From Penicillus capitatus (taxonomy: Eukaryota > Plantae > Chlorophyta), in NCBI GenBank assembly GCA_965649825.1, contig OZ287702.1, forward strand, positions 796,786 through 860,785: a DNA stretch of 64,000 nt, read 5' to 3'. A program made the translations under genes and the position numbers. Positions 52,114 to 63,358 of this stretch are shown one piece after another; the stretch's first letter is position 1; each line of letters begins with the position of its first letter. The notes beneath the pieces were generated by a model. That model did not search any database. It was given only the letters and a program-made list of their open reading frames with translations, and was not told the origin of the DNA.

Positions 52114-54169
52114 TTAACGTGTTTTGCTGTCTGCCCCCGACAACTCCGACAGGAGTTTTCGGAACCTCTGCTGTTGGCGAAAGCTCTCCCTCATGATCAA
52201 ATCCACTTCGCGCTTGGAGAGTTCCTGATAGCTCTTGGACTGCGAAACACGATCGAAATCGTTCACAATGTGATTCAAAACGGCAGACTGTAGCGCATCC
52301 AGTCCATTTGCATCTGCCAATGACAACAGCGCCGCCGAAAAATCTGCAGCCCCTTCGGGATCTTCATCATAACGCGTCTTGAGCTGCTCGACCAACAGAG
52401 ACTCGCATGTTTTGATCAAGCGAGGAACACCATAGTAACAAGCCGCATGCAAGATATCGATCACCAGCTGTGAATCCAAATCCCCTGGGAGTTCATCTTT
52501 GTAAATATATTGGAGGAAATGGGACATGGCTTCTTGGGAGAACTGACTGGGAACACAGAGCTCGTCATCTTCAGAATCGCACATGTCGCTTTCGAATCTT
52601 GCACGGAAATACTCACAGCGCACTGTCAGAGACACCATCGCATAGAGAGACATGACGACATTCACACCCATCTTACCTTTCAGTACGGTTCTGTGAGAAC
52701 TAAGGGTCCAATCTTCACCCACCAGTGCGCAGTCTGGTTCTGCAAAGTGTACTAAATCCAAACAGACGTCTTCTGCAGAGTTCTGTGATTTGGTTGCATC
52801 TTTCCCGTGGCGGAATCCGAGAAGATTGCTGATGGATCTTTTGACTCTTCTGGGTCCTTTGATGGATGATGAGGATTCGTTCTCGACATCCATTTCGCCA
52901 TCTGACGCAATGCCTTCCGAGAAAGAGCGCACGAGTTTTGTATCTTCTGTCAATGTGGAGGGTGGCACGTCTACCATCATCTTCTCCTCCCGTTCCGCGT
53001 TCATGATAGAGAGAACGATGTCGGCATCGGATGGAACGGAGAGATCCGAGAATCGAACTTGTGTGAGGATGCGTTGCTGGATACGCCCATCTGCCTTGCG
53101 CGTGATCAGTCGAAGTTCTTGGCCCACCGGGACAGTCATTTTACCGCCGTCCAGTTTCAGCATGCGCACGAGATTTGGTAACTTGTCTTCCGGACATGTG
53201 CCACCGACATGGATCTTATCAAAGTAATCGCGATGGACCGTCGGAATAAACGCATTGCGTAAAAGAAACTGCACTGGGCAGCTATCGCGTACGTAAGCAC
53301 GGTTATCTTCGCGAAGCTTCTGAAGACAGGCGGTGGAAAAATCCAGAATCTCTTGTTTGATCTCGACACCCACACATTCCCCATTTCTGCCAACCTACAC
53401 ACGCCAACATTCGAGCAGACTGCACAAACGCACACCTACCAAATAAGCGCCACAGGCAGCGACAATTCCACAACCACTTCCGATATCCATAAACCTGTCA
53501 GTCACATCATCCATCACACCCCACATGCCGTGATGCCGAGTGACAGGCAATAGGGTATCACTTTTCGCCTGGCTGTAGGTCTAGGGCTTCGAGACAGGTG
53601 GCGTGCATGTGCGGCGCCGAAATGTTGAATTCCATCTCCTCGACCCGTATCGGTGTGTCCGAATAGGCCTCTTCCTTGTAATCCGTCGGAATGAATGTCC
53701 CGCGTGGGCACATGAGCAATGCCTTTTCGACGCGTTGACTACCGTCGCAGCGTCGACATCATACCAATGCCTTTTTGAACACGGCCTACCTCTTAACCAC
53801 GTTGAGCTCTTTGAGAATATTGACCAATTCGGTATTGTCCGCAGCGGTTTCTTGCATATTGACACGTGGTCCGGCAAAAAGGCGGAAGAAATCTCGTAGG
53901 ACCAAGTTTCGGTTCATTCTTTCGTTTCCTCCAGGCGGTCCTTGCATCGCACGTCGACGTTCGTTTCGTCCCGTGAGCTCGGGATGCTCGTCGTTCGGTT
54001 CTTCGTCTTCTTCACCGTCGTCCTCTGCCTCGTCGTCGTCGTCCACCTCGTCGTTGTCGTCGAAAAGCTCTTCGTCGCTGTCGTTGGTGTCTACGCTCTG
54101 TTCGAAGATATCGTCGTTGTCTTCACCGTCATCGAGATGCACAAAAACGTGCTCTCTGTTTGCAGACAT
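52114..54169 (-). CDS. Fusion protein: acidic N-terminus + protein-L-isoaspartate O-methyltransferase (PIMT/PCMT) domain + BTB/POZ (+ BACK-like helices)
   Basis: Spliced translation gives FNISAPHMHATCLEAL, motif I FMDIGSGCG, motif II FDKIHVGG, motif III LKLDGGKMTVPVG and VRFSDL. It continues in the same ORF into HRTVLK-VRCEYFRARFES...MSHFLQYIYKDEL...ACYYGVPRLIKTCE (BTB). Confidence 0.9.
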
Positions 54170-54349
54170 GCCGCGACGTGAAACGAGCGAAAAGGCCCGG
54201 ACGGGACAGCGTCGACATGACGTGGATGAACACCATCATCGTCCTTCAGCCAGCCATCCAGCCAGATAGCTAGCCGGCCGCCATGCAGTCGCCTTACGAG
54301 GCCACACGCAAACGCACACACAGTGGCAAGGGATCGATATCTGGTCAAA

Positions 54350-54975
54350 TCAACGGTGGTGAGGAACGGGGGCTGCTCTGTAGAGATGGATGCACCGGAG
54401 ACGGAGGGACCTGTACGTCGCGGAATATTTGAAAAAGACTGTAGGTGAGTGTGGGTACTTGAAAAGAGTAAAAATGTGAACTGTCAGTACCGGGAATGAT
54501 GTACGGATTCGGAGATGGAGCGAAGCCGAGACAGGAGACGGTGGAATTGGTTGAGGTGACTGGTCTTCATCCTTATCGTGTCTGCACGCGTGCCAAAGGG
54601 TGTGCTCCATAGGATTTGGTGATTGAGTATGTATCCGCTCTGCTTGAGAGAGCTGTAGATATGGCGAGCTTTCGAGGAAAGCTCAAGTATGAAGATTTCG
54701 TCTGGCAAGTCTCGGAAGTGCAATCGGACATCGTTCTGTAACGCAACAGAGTGTCCTTTTCGTTTCTAGGAGCCCTACAAGCTCGAACGACTGAAAGAGC
54801 TTCTCGAAAAGAACGAGGAGATTAAGAAAGCCCGGAAGGTGAAGACATCGGAGAGTGTCGGACGATGTGCGCGGGAGACGGTGTTGTGTGCAGGTGGATC
54901 TTGATAAGAATGATCTTGCGGCCCTTGGTTCGCGAGACAAAGACGTCAAGGATGCAGGAGAGAACGGCCATCCAT
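54350..54975 (-). CDS. Hypothetical multi-exon protein (boundaries uncertain)
   Basis: A 43-nt GT-AG intron joins LLVLFEKLFQSFEL to NDVRLHFRDLPDEIFILELSSKARHIYSSLKQSGYILNHQILW; no start codon resolved. Confidence 0.35.
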
Positions 54976-55127
54976 GAGTCTCTCTTTATGTACGTTTCAT
55001 CAACGACGCGACAGATCCACCCTTCAAATTACCATCTTAATGCGTACCATGTGTGATACCTACCTGTATGCCGCTTCGCTGACGATTCGTTTGCTATCGC
55101 GATCGGAGTGTCGACTGGTTTCTCGGG

Positions 55128-55739
55128 ATGGGATCCAAAATGGAGGAGATCATGCGTAAGCGTCGCGAGGCGCGAGATGCCGAATACGAAGCTCGATGGA
55201 ACAATGGTTTTGCCGCAGACCATCCGGACTACGATCCGACCTTTACTGGACCGTCGATCCTCAAAGCGTCGCGCGCCACAGAGGAGCACTTCCATGCGAT
55301 TGCGAAGAACGATATCAAAGAGGTCTACGCGAAAATCGCAGAGGGAGTTGATTTCAACTGTATCAATGCGGCACGTGATCAGACGCTCTTCTGGGGCATC
55401 GACGGCGGCGTGGAGATTATCAAGCTGCTCGTCGATTGCGGTGCCGATCTGAACCGTCGTTCCGCTAAGGACTGGACGCCACTGAGCTATGCTCGAGCCG
55501 AGGGTAAGTACGGGGCCGTTGAAGAAGCGAGTATCCATACTGAGGTTCGATCGGCATCACACGCGTGTGTTTTGGACATGAGTGATATCTAGGACGTTCT
55601 TAAATACTATGACGCGACAGACGATGGCTCGAGGCCATCACATTCCGGTTCGCGCAGTCCTCGCGAAAGCTATGATCCTGAGACACCAGACTTCACTCGC
55701 GAGCGTGGCAGTTATCAATCGCCATCGCCAGCTCCATAG
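55128..55739 (+). CDS. Ankyrin-repeat protein
   Basis: GGVEIIKLLVDCGADLNRRSAKDWTPLSYAR ankyrin consensus; final exon DVLKYYDAT...SPSPAP* after a GT-AG intron. Confidence 0.8.
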
Positions 55740-55950
55740 AAATCGTATTCTTCATCAAACAGTCCGGTCAGCTTATTTTTAAACAACATGAGCGAATTCT
55801 GGTCACTATGAACTAAGATAGGCGGACGACTAACGCATGCATATCCCACGTCCAGTAAATGTCAGAGAGCAAGCAAACCTGCGTGCGAATCACAAAACTC
55901 TTAGTTCAGTGAACGAAAACGGAATAAAATCTTGAAGATAATAAATCAGA

Positions 55951-56875
55951 CTAAGTCGATCCGACGATATTGTCTCCGAGATGAATATCGCCATTGTGTT
56001 GATATTGCAATGGATGCATCCATCTAGAGAGCATCGCTTTCGAAGAACGCCACGGGGGCAAAGCGCCCTTCGTCGTTTCAAAGGATCGATTCATTTCGCA
56101 GCACAGCAAACGGACGAGCTGTTCCAGACGCTCATAGGATCCGAGGTAGACCTCGTGGACACTCTCCAGCAGAGTGGAGTAAGCAGATGAGGGATTGGGT
56201 ATATCAAATTGGGCCTTGAACTGAGGATCGAGGATCAAAGGGGCGGGAGGGGTGTACGGTCGTTTATCTGAAACGCTGTGCTCTGTGCCGTAGATCAAGA
56301 GAAAACGATGGCGCACTCGGCAACAGCCGGAGACGTGCAGCATGTCTTTCCGCTCGTCAACCAGTTTGACGGCAAAATCGAGACGTTCCAATGTCTGAGC
56401 CAGCACATGCAAATCCAAAACGCCGCCGACTTCGCATGAACCTCGTGCTAATGCATATGCTTGCATGACCTAGATGCAACCATAGTGTTTGAGATCTCAC
56501 TCTTTCTAAAAAGAGTGAGTGACGGTTACTTGTTTTTCAAACTCCGTAAGAAGATTGTGGTTTTCCTTAACTTCATGGATAGCTGCAATTAAATCGGATC
56601 GCTGCCCATCATCCTTGCAGGCGGCTATCGTCGACAACGGCGAACTTTTCCCGCGAGTCACGGACAATTCCATATCGAAGATTAAGTTGTCGCTCGTGGA
56701 GCCTTCATCTTGTTCCTGCAATGAACGTCCGAATCGGCGGCGGAACGTAAGGACGTATTACGCCGGCTCTCGGTCGCATATGTCGTCCACGTTCCTTCAC
56801 AATCTTCGGCATTTCTGTGTTTTGTCGGGATACGGTGTATGGCGCCTGTGCCTTTTTGTGCACGCCAAGGCGCAT
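55951..56875 (-). CDS. DUF506 / PDDEXK-like plant-family protein
   Basis: LILDPQFKAQFDIPNPS..Y..LL, LEQLVRLLCCEMNRSF, LPPWRSSKAMLSRW match the DUF506 C-terminal signature; start approximate. Confidence 0.85.
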
Positions 56876-57162
56876 GATGCCTACTGTGAACCACTGTAAC
56901 ATGAAACTAACCGACAAAATGAAATTACCGTCGTCGGATGCGGCGCCGGATATCGATGGATTCCCCATAACTCCTCTCCTACCCACGTACCGCAACGTGA
57001 TTTGTTACACTCGTTTTGTTTCGAGTTATCTCTGTTCTGCAATCACGTAACATGACAAAAGCGAACTAGGATGTGTTAAGAACACTTGGATTTCGACATT
57101 TCTAGAAATCGGTAGCGTCGGGCGAACTCTACAGAGGACGATTTTGTGCTTCCAGATGGGCA

Positions 57163-58357
57163 TCAAAGGGTTGATGAGGAGTTTAGGCAAAATTCATAGG
57201 ATGAAAGCGGAAAGCAACATTCCTTGTAAAAACAGATGGAAAACGACCGTGTACAGAAAAAACAATCGAAATGTAAATGCACAATTCCTCGAGATTCTTT
57301 GCACATGTATGGCGAACATCGTCGACGAGTCAGAAGCGGAGTGCACACAATACTGTACTTGGCGAGAGGCTTATGTGCTTTGGAAAGTGCACCAGCTGGC
57401 AACGGCCAATTCTCGAGTGAAGATTCTTCAGAGTCCCATGGAATCACACATCGACACCGACCAGGTGATGTACCTAGCAATTCCTAAAAGGCCTCTTGGA
57501 CGGGGATGTATCGATCGACGTCGAAAAGAGTTCCTCGGAATCCACTCTGCTGAGATCTGTCAGCCAAGGATCGATCCAGGTATCATCCTGACATTCGAAG
57601 AAATCATCTTCGCCGGATTCCTCGTCATCGAATCGAACTGAAGCTGCGCCGGCCAACCTCTGTAAGACAACTGCTAGACAGGCCATCCGCTCGAACTCTT
57701 CTAGTGACATGCCAATCATCAGACACGTTGGATGCACAGCCACTTCTGGCATGCAAACTGTCAGCTGCCCTCTGTCTTGCGACGACCATCCACATTCTCT
57801 CAGCCAGCGCCCAAGTAAGGCTGCTGAGAATTCTGTTGGCCTTTCCAGCATCCGAGATTTCCAGTCGTCACACCAGCCATGCAGAGGGTGCCTGATCTTA
57901 GAGAACGAACTTGCCGATCTCGATGACACCGAGATCAGACTTTCCTCGGGGACAGTTTCATCAATGCTTATACGTCTGGATACCGAATCTGATTCGAGGT
58001 TCGAGAGTGGACAGTCTTGCTGGACAGAAGCCACATCTGGATTGGGCTTGACCTGTCTCCTGTCCGTGCCGCAGGGAGGCATTCCGTGTGTTCTCGACTT
58101 GACTCCATGTCAAAGGCCGTTGCCTCCGGCGCCTGTGAAGCCAATCTCCGGTCCACTGAGCCTTGGAGCGCTGCCTTAGCGCCAAGTCGACGACTCGTGG
58201 CGCTCGCTTTACAGTGTAACCCATGTGCATCTTGGCCCTTGTCGTACAGGATCGGGGGCGAATTTGCCAACGGTCTCTGGAATTCACGGTTGCGTATACT
58301 GAATCTGTACGCGTCCCCCGCTTCAACGACGTCTGCTGAAGGTGCGAACCGACGCAC
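57163..58357 (-). CDS. Hypothetical Ser/acidic-rich protein (boundaries uncertain)
   Basis: Overlapping long minus-strand ORFs 57474-58082 and 57163-57480 with plausible splice joins; no family recognised. Confidence 0.4.
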
Positions 58358-59961
58358 TTGTTTATTCAGCAGGGTGGATTCTCGTCTTCAAGACCAGCAC
58401 AAATCATTCCGTCGTCCCATCTCTCAGTCTCTCAGTGCATGAGCTTCTCCAGGCGGCCCTGGAAAAACTGGTTGGCCGTGTTTGGGCTACGATGGGAACT
58501 GCTCGACCACTGGTCTCGATGCAGTTTTTCCTTTTTTTCGGTGCATCCACAAACGCACAGGTACCTGTAGCTCGTGAAACTGTCTTGCCTGCTTAGGGAT
58601 GGCGATGTCCTCATCCCCATGGAGAGGAATTGCATTGCCTCAGGTACACCACATCCAGCAGGGAATACAGCGATCCCGTCAACGTAGTGTCTGTTTCACC
58701 CAAGACAGCGACACAACTCGCGACCGAATGGCCGTCTGGAGCTGTATAGCAGCCTGGTCTCCTGAGATGCACCGCAATGCTTGCGTTGCTCGCTCTGAGG
58801 AGACTGGCACACCGAGGCGATCCCTCTTCATGTAAACATTGCTGTTGGTTTCATTGCTGAGAGCTGTCTGTTTTTTCCAACTGGAAAAGTATCGAGACTA
58901 TAGAATGGCGTCCTGCACGCACATGTACTGTAAACAGTCACACGTGTAACACATCATCATGTTGTCCTCCAACACTCGCTCCACTCTGCTCTCTGATTTT
59001 TCTGGGCGTCCAATAGAAATTGCTACGATGTAACACCGATTCCCTCAACGCTTATCGACAGGTACAACGATCTCACGCGTGCACGCCGACGCTGCTATCG
59101 TTTCTATAAGAGCTTCCTCTGCATCTTAAAACTTGTTCAGAACATTTGAGGTCGGGCAGAACAAAACACTTCATGAAGGTAAAGATTCAGCTGTCTCGGT
59201 CGCTGCAACGATACTGGCATGTCCTCCGCCGTCCAGCACCACTCCAGAGCTCCACCTCAGAAAACACGAGAAGATGAATGTGCCATCAAACACTCGCGTG
59301 CACATATCACTCTTCCTCGGCGATGTGTCCTACCTAGACTACTTCAGAGCAGAACACGAGCAAGACAACTGCTCCAGAAAACAACTGCTCTGCCAACCTG
59401 GAAACACGAAAGACGCAGATCTTTCGTAATCTCACTCAAAAACAGCGATTCCCTGAGCTCTCTCTTTTCATGCGCCAGCGGACTGTGCTCGGCCAGAAGA
59501 CTGGATCTGCTGCCATCCGCATTTGTCAGAGTTGCACCTGCCTGCCCGCAGCTCGACAGTCACTCTCTGTGCCCGTCACCCTGCGCAATGCTGCTGGACG
59601 AGCGAACGCCGTTGACCGACTGCGCTATTTCTTTCTCTGAGGGGTCGTGCATGCATCACCGGCCACTCCGAGTGTCCGAGCACAACGAAGGATGCCTGCA
59701 GATCGATGGCAAACGACACTTCGGGGCTTCTGCGAGCGTCCAGCTCCACGGAGAACGACGTCGACTGAAAGGAATCCGTGCCACGACGCTCTTGTGAACG
59801 ACTTCTGCGACGAGTCGGCCCCCAACATCCACCCCCGGAGACCAGAGACCTCTCATGTCCGTCTCCTCCGACCGTTAGGCTGCAACCAACGCGTCAAAAG
59901 GACTTCCCCAGGCTGTAACTGACCTTTTGTCTGTTTCTTGCGCGCGTGTTTTCTGCCGACA

Positions 59962-61427
59962 ATGGACTGCGAGACGACGACACCATGTGCCAACGACCCT
60001 AAATATACGTTCCCCGGCAAAGAGTAAGTGTTCTCCGTCCTCCTCCGCCGCCGCCGCCATGCGTTACGGCTTCTGAGCCATGCGCTGGCCTTCTCGCGCT
60101 ATCCCCTTCCGCGAGAGCTTTTACGACTGTCGGGACGCCGAAAGCCGGAGAAGAGCTAGTGGCCATCCGGCCGCGCAGCATGCGGCTCTTCGCGCGTTTC
60201 TCTGTCATGCGTGCTGACGCGGCCTACAGACACGTCGCTCTGCATGACAGAGACTAACTTTTTGTGTGCTCTGTAGGTTTTCGCAGATAACCCTAGGAGA
60301 GGTTATGGGGAAGTACCCCCCTAGGGGGTTCGAAGGGTTGGATGATGCCCAGAGGCAGGAGTTATTCTGGGCGCTCAAAGCCCAGTCGACGGCGCAGATG
60401 GCGCCCACGGATGAGCCCCCTGTCCGGTTTGGACCACCTGGTGGCCAAACCGGTCAGGACACGACAATGAGGAGGCGCCCCCGTCGAGTTTCCGTCGCGG
60501 AACGACAAAGGCGCCTCACTTCTAGCCAAGGCATCCCGGAGGTAAGCCCACATGCACACACACGGCATGACTCTTATGCTGTTCTGTCTTGCAGGGCAAT
60601 CCTCCACCGCCATCTGCGCCGCAGCAGCCATGCCCACCAACGCAGGAATCCGCGCAACAGGCGCCGCTGCAGCAACCAAGCCACCCACCGCAGGAATCCG
60701 CGCAACAGGCGCCTCTGGATCAACCAAGCCCACCGCCTCAGCAATCGGCGCAACCGGCGCCGCCGGAGCATCCATGCGCACCCATGCCACAATCCGCGCA
60801 ACAGGCGCAGCCCCAGCCACCGCCGCTGCAGCATCCATGGGCAGCCATGCCATGCCATCCGCCGCCGCCGCCACTGCAGTCATTTGGATCACCGCCGCCA
60901 CTGCAGTCATTTGGATCACCGCCGCCACAGCAACCCATCCCAGGGGCAACCATGCAATGGACCCCTTGTCCACCTCCCCACAACAACACCCCTCCTCCTA
61001 TATCACCTCCTACCCCACCTTATCATCTCTTTCCTCCCCGTCCCCATGTCTTCTGTATCCCAGCCTGCCCCTCACCTGTCATTTCTCCCCGTCTTTTTAA
61101 ATTCTCTTTCCTCGCCCGACCCCCATTTCCAGAGCGCACCTCAGTTTTTTCACTGAGGTGCCAACCTGTTATCCCACCGCGGCCATTCATTTTTCCTGTG
61201 GGGCCGCTTGGCATTCATCCGAGACCTTACTTCATGTCCGGAGAATGCGTCCGCGTAGGCACATCCGCCATCCCAGAGCGGTTGTTTTTCCTTTCCGGGA
61301 CTTGCGTAAGTCACTCTTCACTCTTCTCTCTTCTATTGTGTGTTTCTGTGTAGGTGTCTATCGGATATTAGCACAAAGAGCCTCATCTCATTGGCTCTTT
61401 GTACACTGTTTTTTGGCGGGGGACTGA
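59962..61427 (+). CDS. Pro/Gln-rich low-complexity protein with a short non-repetitive N-terminal region
   Basis: Splicing gives MDCETTTPCANDPKYTFPGKDFYDCRDAES...FSQITLGEVMGKYPPRGFEGLDDAQRQELFWALKAQ, then QESAQQAP repeats and PPPLQSFGS twice. The intron ending near 60275 has a CTAAC branch point and a pyrimidine tract. Confidence 0.55.
60864..60920. repeat. 27-bp tandem duplication (CGCCGCCACTGCAGTCATTTGGATCAC, two copies) within the Pro-rich gene
   Basis: Directly visible; encodes PPLQSFGSP twice. Confidence 0.85.
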
Positions 61428-61864
61428 AAAAGCCAAAAAGAAATAAAAAGTTTTGTTTTTTATCTGTGGAATTAGGGTTCTGCATGCTGCCAGCTGTTTT
61501 CTGTTTTTTGCCTTTCAGAGCGTCCCTCGACAGTCATTTTCGGTATCGTGCACGGGACTGCATTGGTTTTTTCTCATGTGTGCACCTTTACTATGATCTG
61601 GTTTGTTTGAGAGGCCAGATTTAGACAAAGACGTTCTGTTTCTCTTCTGTTTTTTGACTGCTGCATGGCTGTTGTTTTGTGCCAGTCGCACTCATGGATG
61701 GGAGGTCGACTTAAATCTTTTGTTTATATTAGTAATAAATGTGGGCAGGACATATTTCTGAGCTGCGGTGGTTCATTTGGCAGTGTACATGGCTTTACTG
61801 TGTGGCGGTGGTGTACATTTGTGCGGTCATTTCTGTTTTTCTGAGGTGGAAGTCTATCATGTGC

Positions 61865-62728
61865 TCAGTTCTGGCGAAAAGGTGGCTTGTCAGATGGACT
61901 GGTTCTTAGTTCTGGAGCAGAGAAGGGCGATGGGTGCTCATAATCACTGGGAAATGGATTGGATAATCTGGAGACCGTTTTCTGGAGTACTGGACTTCTA
62001 GGTGGTTTGTGCTGGTGGTGCATGGCATGCTGGACAAGTGTCTCTGCTGGAGGTGGATGTCGAGGTGTCCGGTCTGCTGGAGGTGGATGTCGAGGTGTCC
62101 GGTCTGCTGGAGGTGGATGTCGAGGTGTCCGGTCTGCTGGAGGTGGATGTCGAGGTGTCCGGTCTGCTGGAGGTGGATGTCGAGGTGTCCGGTCTGCTGG
62201 AGGTGGATGTCGAGGTGTCCGGTCTGCTGGAGGTGGATGTCGAGGTGTCCGGTCTGCTGGAGGTGGATGTCGAGGTGTCCGGTCTGCTGGAGGTGGATGT
62301 CGAGGTGTCCGGTCTGCTGGAGGTGGATGTCGAGGTGTCCGGTCTGCTGGAGGTGGATGTCGAGGTGTCCGGTCTGCTGGAGGTGGATGTCGAGGTGTCC
62401 GGTCTGCTGGAGGTGGATGTCGAGGTGTCCGGTCTGCTGGAGGTGGATGTTGAGGTGTCCGGTCTGCTGGAGGTGGATGTTGAGGTGTCCGGTCTGCTGG
62501 ACTGTTATCTTTGGGATGGAAGGTCTGAGGATGTGCTCCATTCTCTGGCAGGACTTGGGAAGAGTGATGGATATGGTTATCCAACAATGGCCAGGGAGCA
62601 TCACAGTATTCATTCTTATGACACGGTAAGTGACATGCTGAATCTCTATGTGGAGCAGAAACTAATGAGGTGCCTTCTCTGCAGGGTGGTGGATGCAACA
62701 ACGATTTGGTTTCCTGGAATACCAACAT
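61865..62728 (-). CDS. Possible Pro/His/Arg-rich ORF containing 15 PPPADRTP(R/Q)H repeats
   Basis: 287-aa ORF; non-repeat flanks are also P/H/Q-rich, but a 30-bp unit stays open in several frames regardless of coding. Confidence 0.35.
   Translation of the reverse strand: MLVFQETKSLLHPPPCREGTSLVSAPHRDSACHLPCHKNEYCDAPWPLLDNHIHHSSQVLPENGAHPQTFHPKDNSPADRTPQHPPPADRTPQHPPPADRTPRHPPPADRTPRHPPPADRTPRHPPPADRTPRHPPPADRTPRHPPPADRTPRHPPPADRTPRHPPPADRTPRHPPPADRTPRHPPPADRTPRHPPPADRTPRHPPPADRTPRHPPPADRTPRHPPPAETLVQHAMHHQHKPPRSPVLQKTVSRLSNPFPSDYEHPSPFSAPELRTSPSDKPPFRQN
62041..62500. repeat. 30-bp minisatellite, about 15.3 copies (GGTCTGCTGGAGGTGGATGTCGAGGTGTCC)
   Basis: Sequence lines 62101-62400 are identical; the last two full units carry a C>T variant; no spacers. 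Confidence 0.98.
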
Positions 62729-63295
62729 GAAACTGAATTAGCTCTACAAGGCATGCTGAAAACGAAGGAGAAGTTTGCAGAACCAGATGAATGCGATGAA
62801 AATCGGCCAGACAGCTGTTATGTGGAACATCAAGGTACAGTGTCCCCCTTATGATCATTGGATGCTTAGATTCGATATCAGACATGAAGGGATTGGATCA
62901 TCATGTTCAGGCATTCTGAAGGAATGATTTCCAGAAAGAAATCATCGGCAATCGAACGTCGCAATCCGACATCATAAAGAGAATTCATGAGACAGAGCCG
63001 AAGACACTGAGAGCAATGATCATTCAAGAAACGCGACAAGACTGAAGACATCTCTATCGAAGGACACAATTTGGTTTTCGCGCCGACAGATCCATCTTCA
63101 CAATCCATTCTGCAAAGCTTGTGGACATCTTACATGATGTTCCCAGTACACCAGGGAATCTAAGGTTCCCAAAAAGGTCCTTTCATTTTACACTTCGTGC
63201 TGAGTGGTGCTCTGTTCTGTAGAAAAGTTCATTGTCCGAAAAAAGATAACATGTTGAGAAGAGCATGCAAGAAGACCACAGTTTCCATCATGCGT

Positions 63296-63358
63296 GAGCT
63301 CGGTCGAATCAGCTGGAAAGTCTACATGAGCTCGGTTGAATCAGCTGGAAAGTCTAAA
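63296..63358. repeat. 32-bp tandem duplication
   Basis: GAGCTCGGT(C/T)GAATCAGCTGGAAAGTCTA at 63296 and 63328. Confidence 0.85.

Noticed and set aside
59133-59922. Overlapping plus-strand ORFs (up to 192 aa)
   Set aside because: All three frames are partly open with no family motif; cannot choose a frame.
62041-62500. 30-bp repeat array as a CRISPR array
   Set aside because: Units are contiguous with no unique spacers, there are no cas genes, and the context is eukaryotic.
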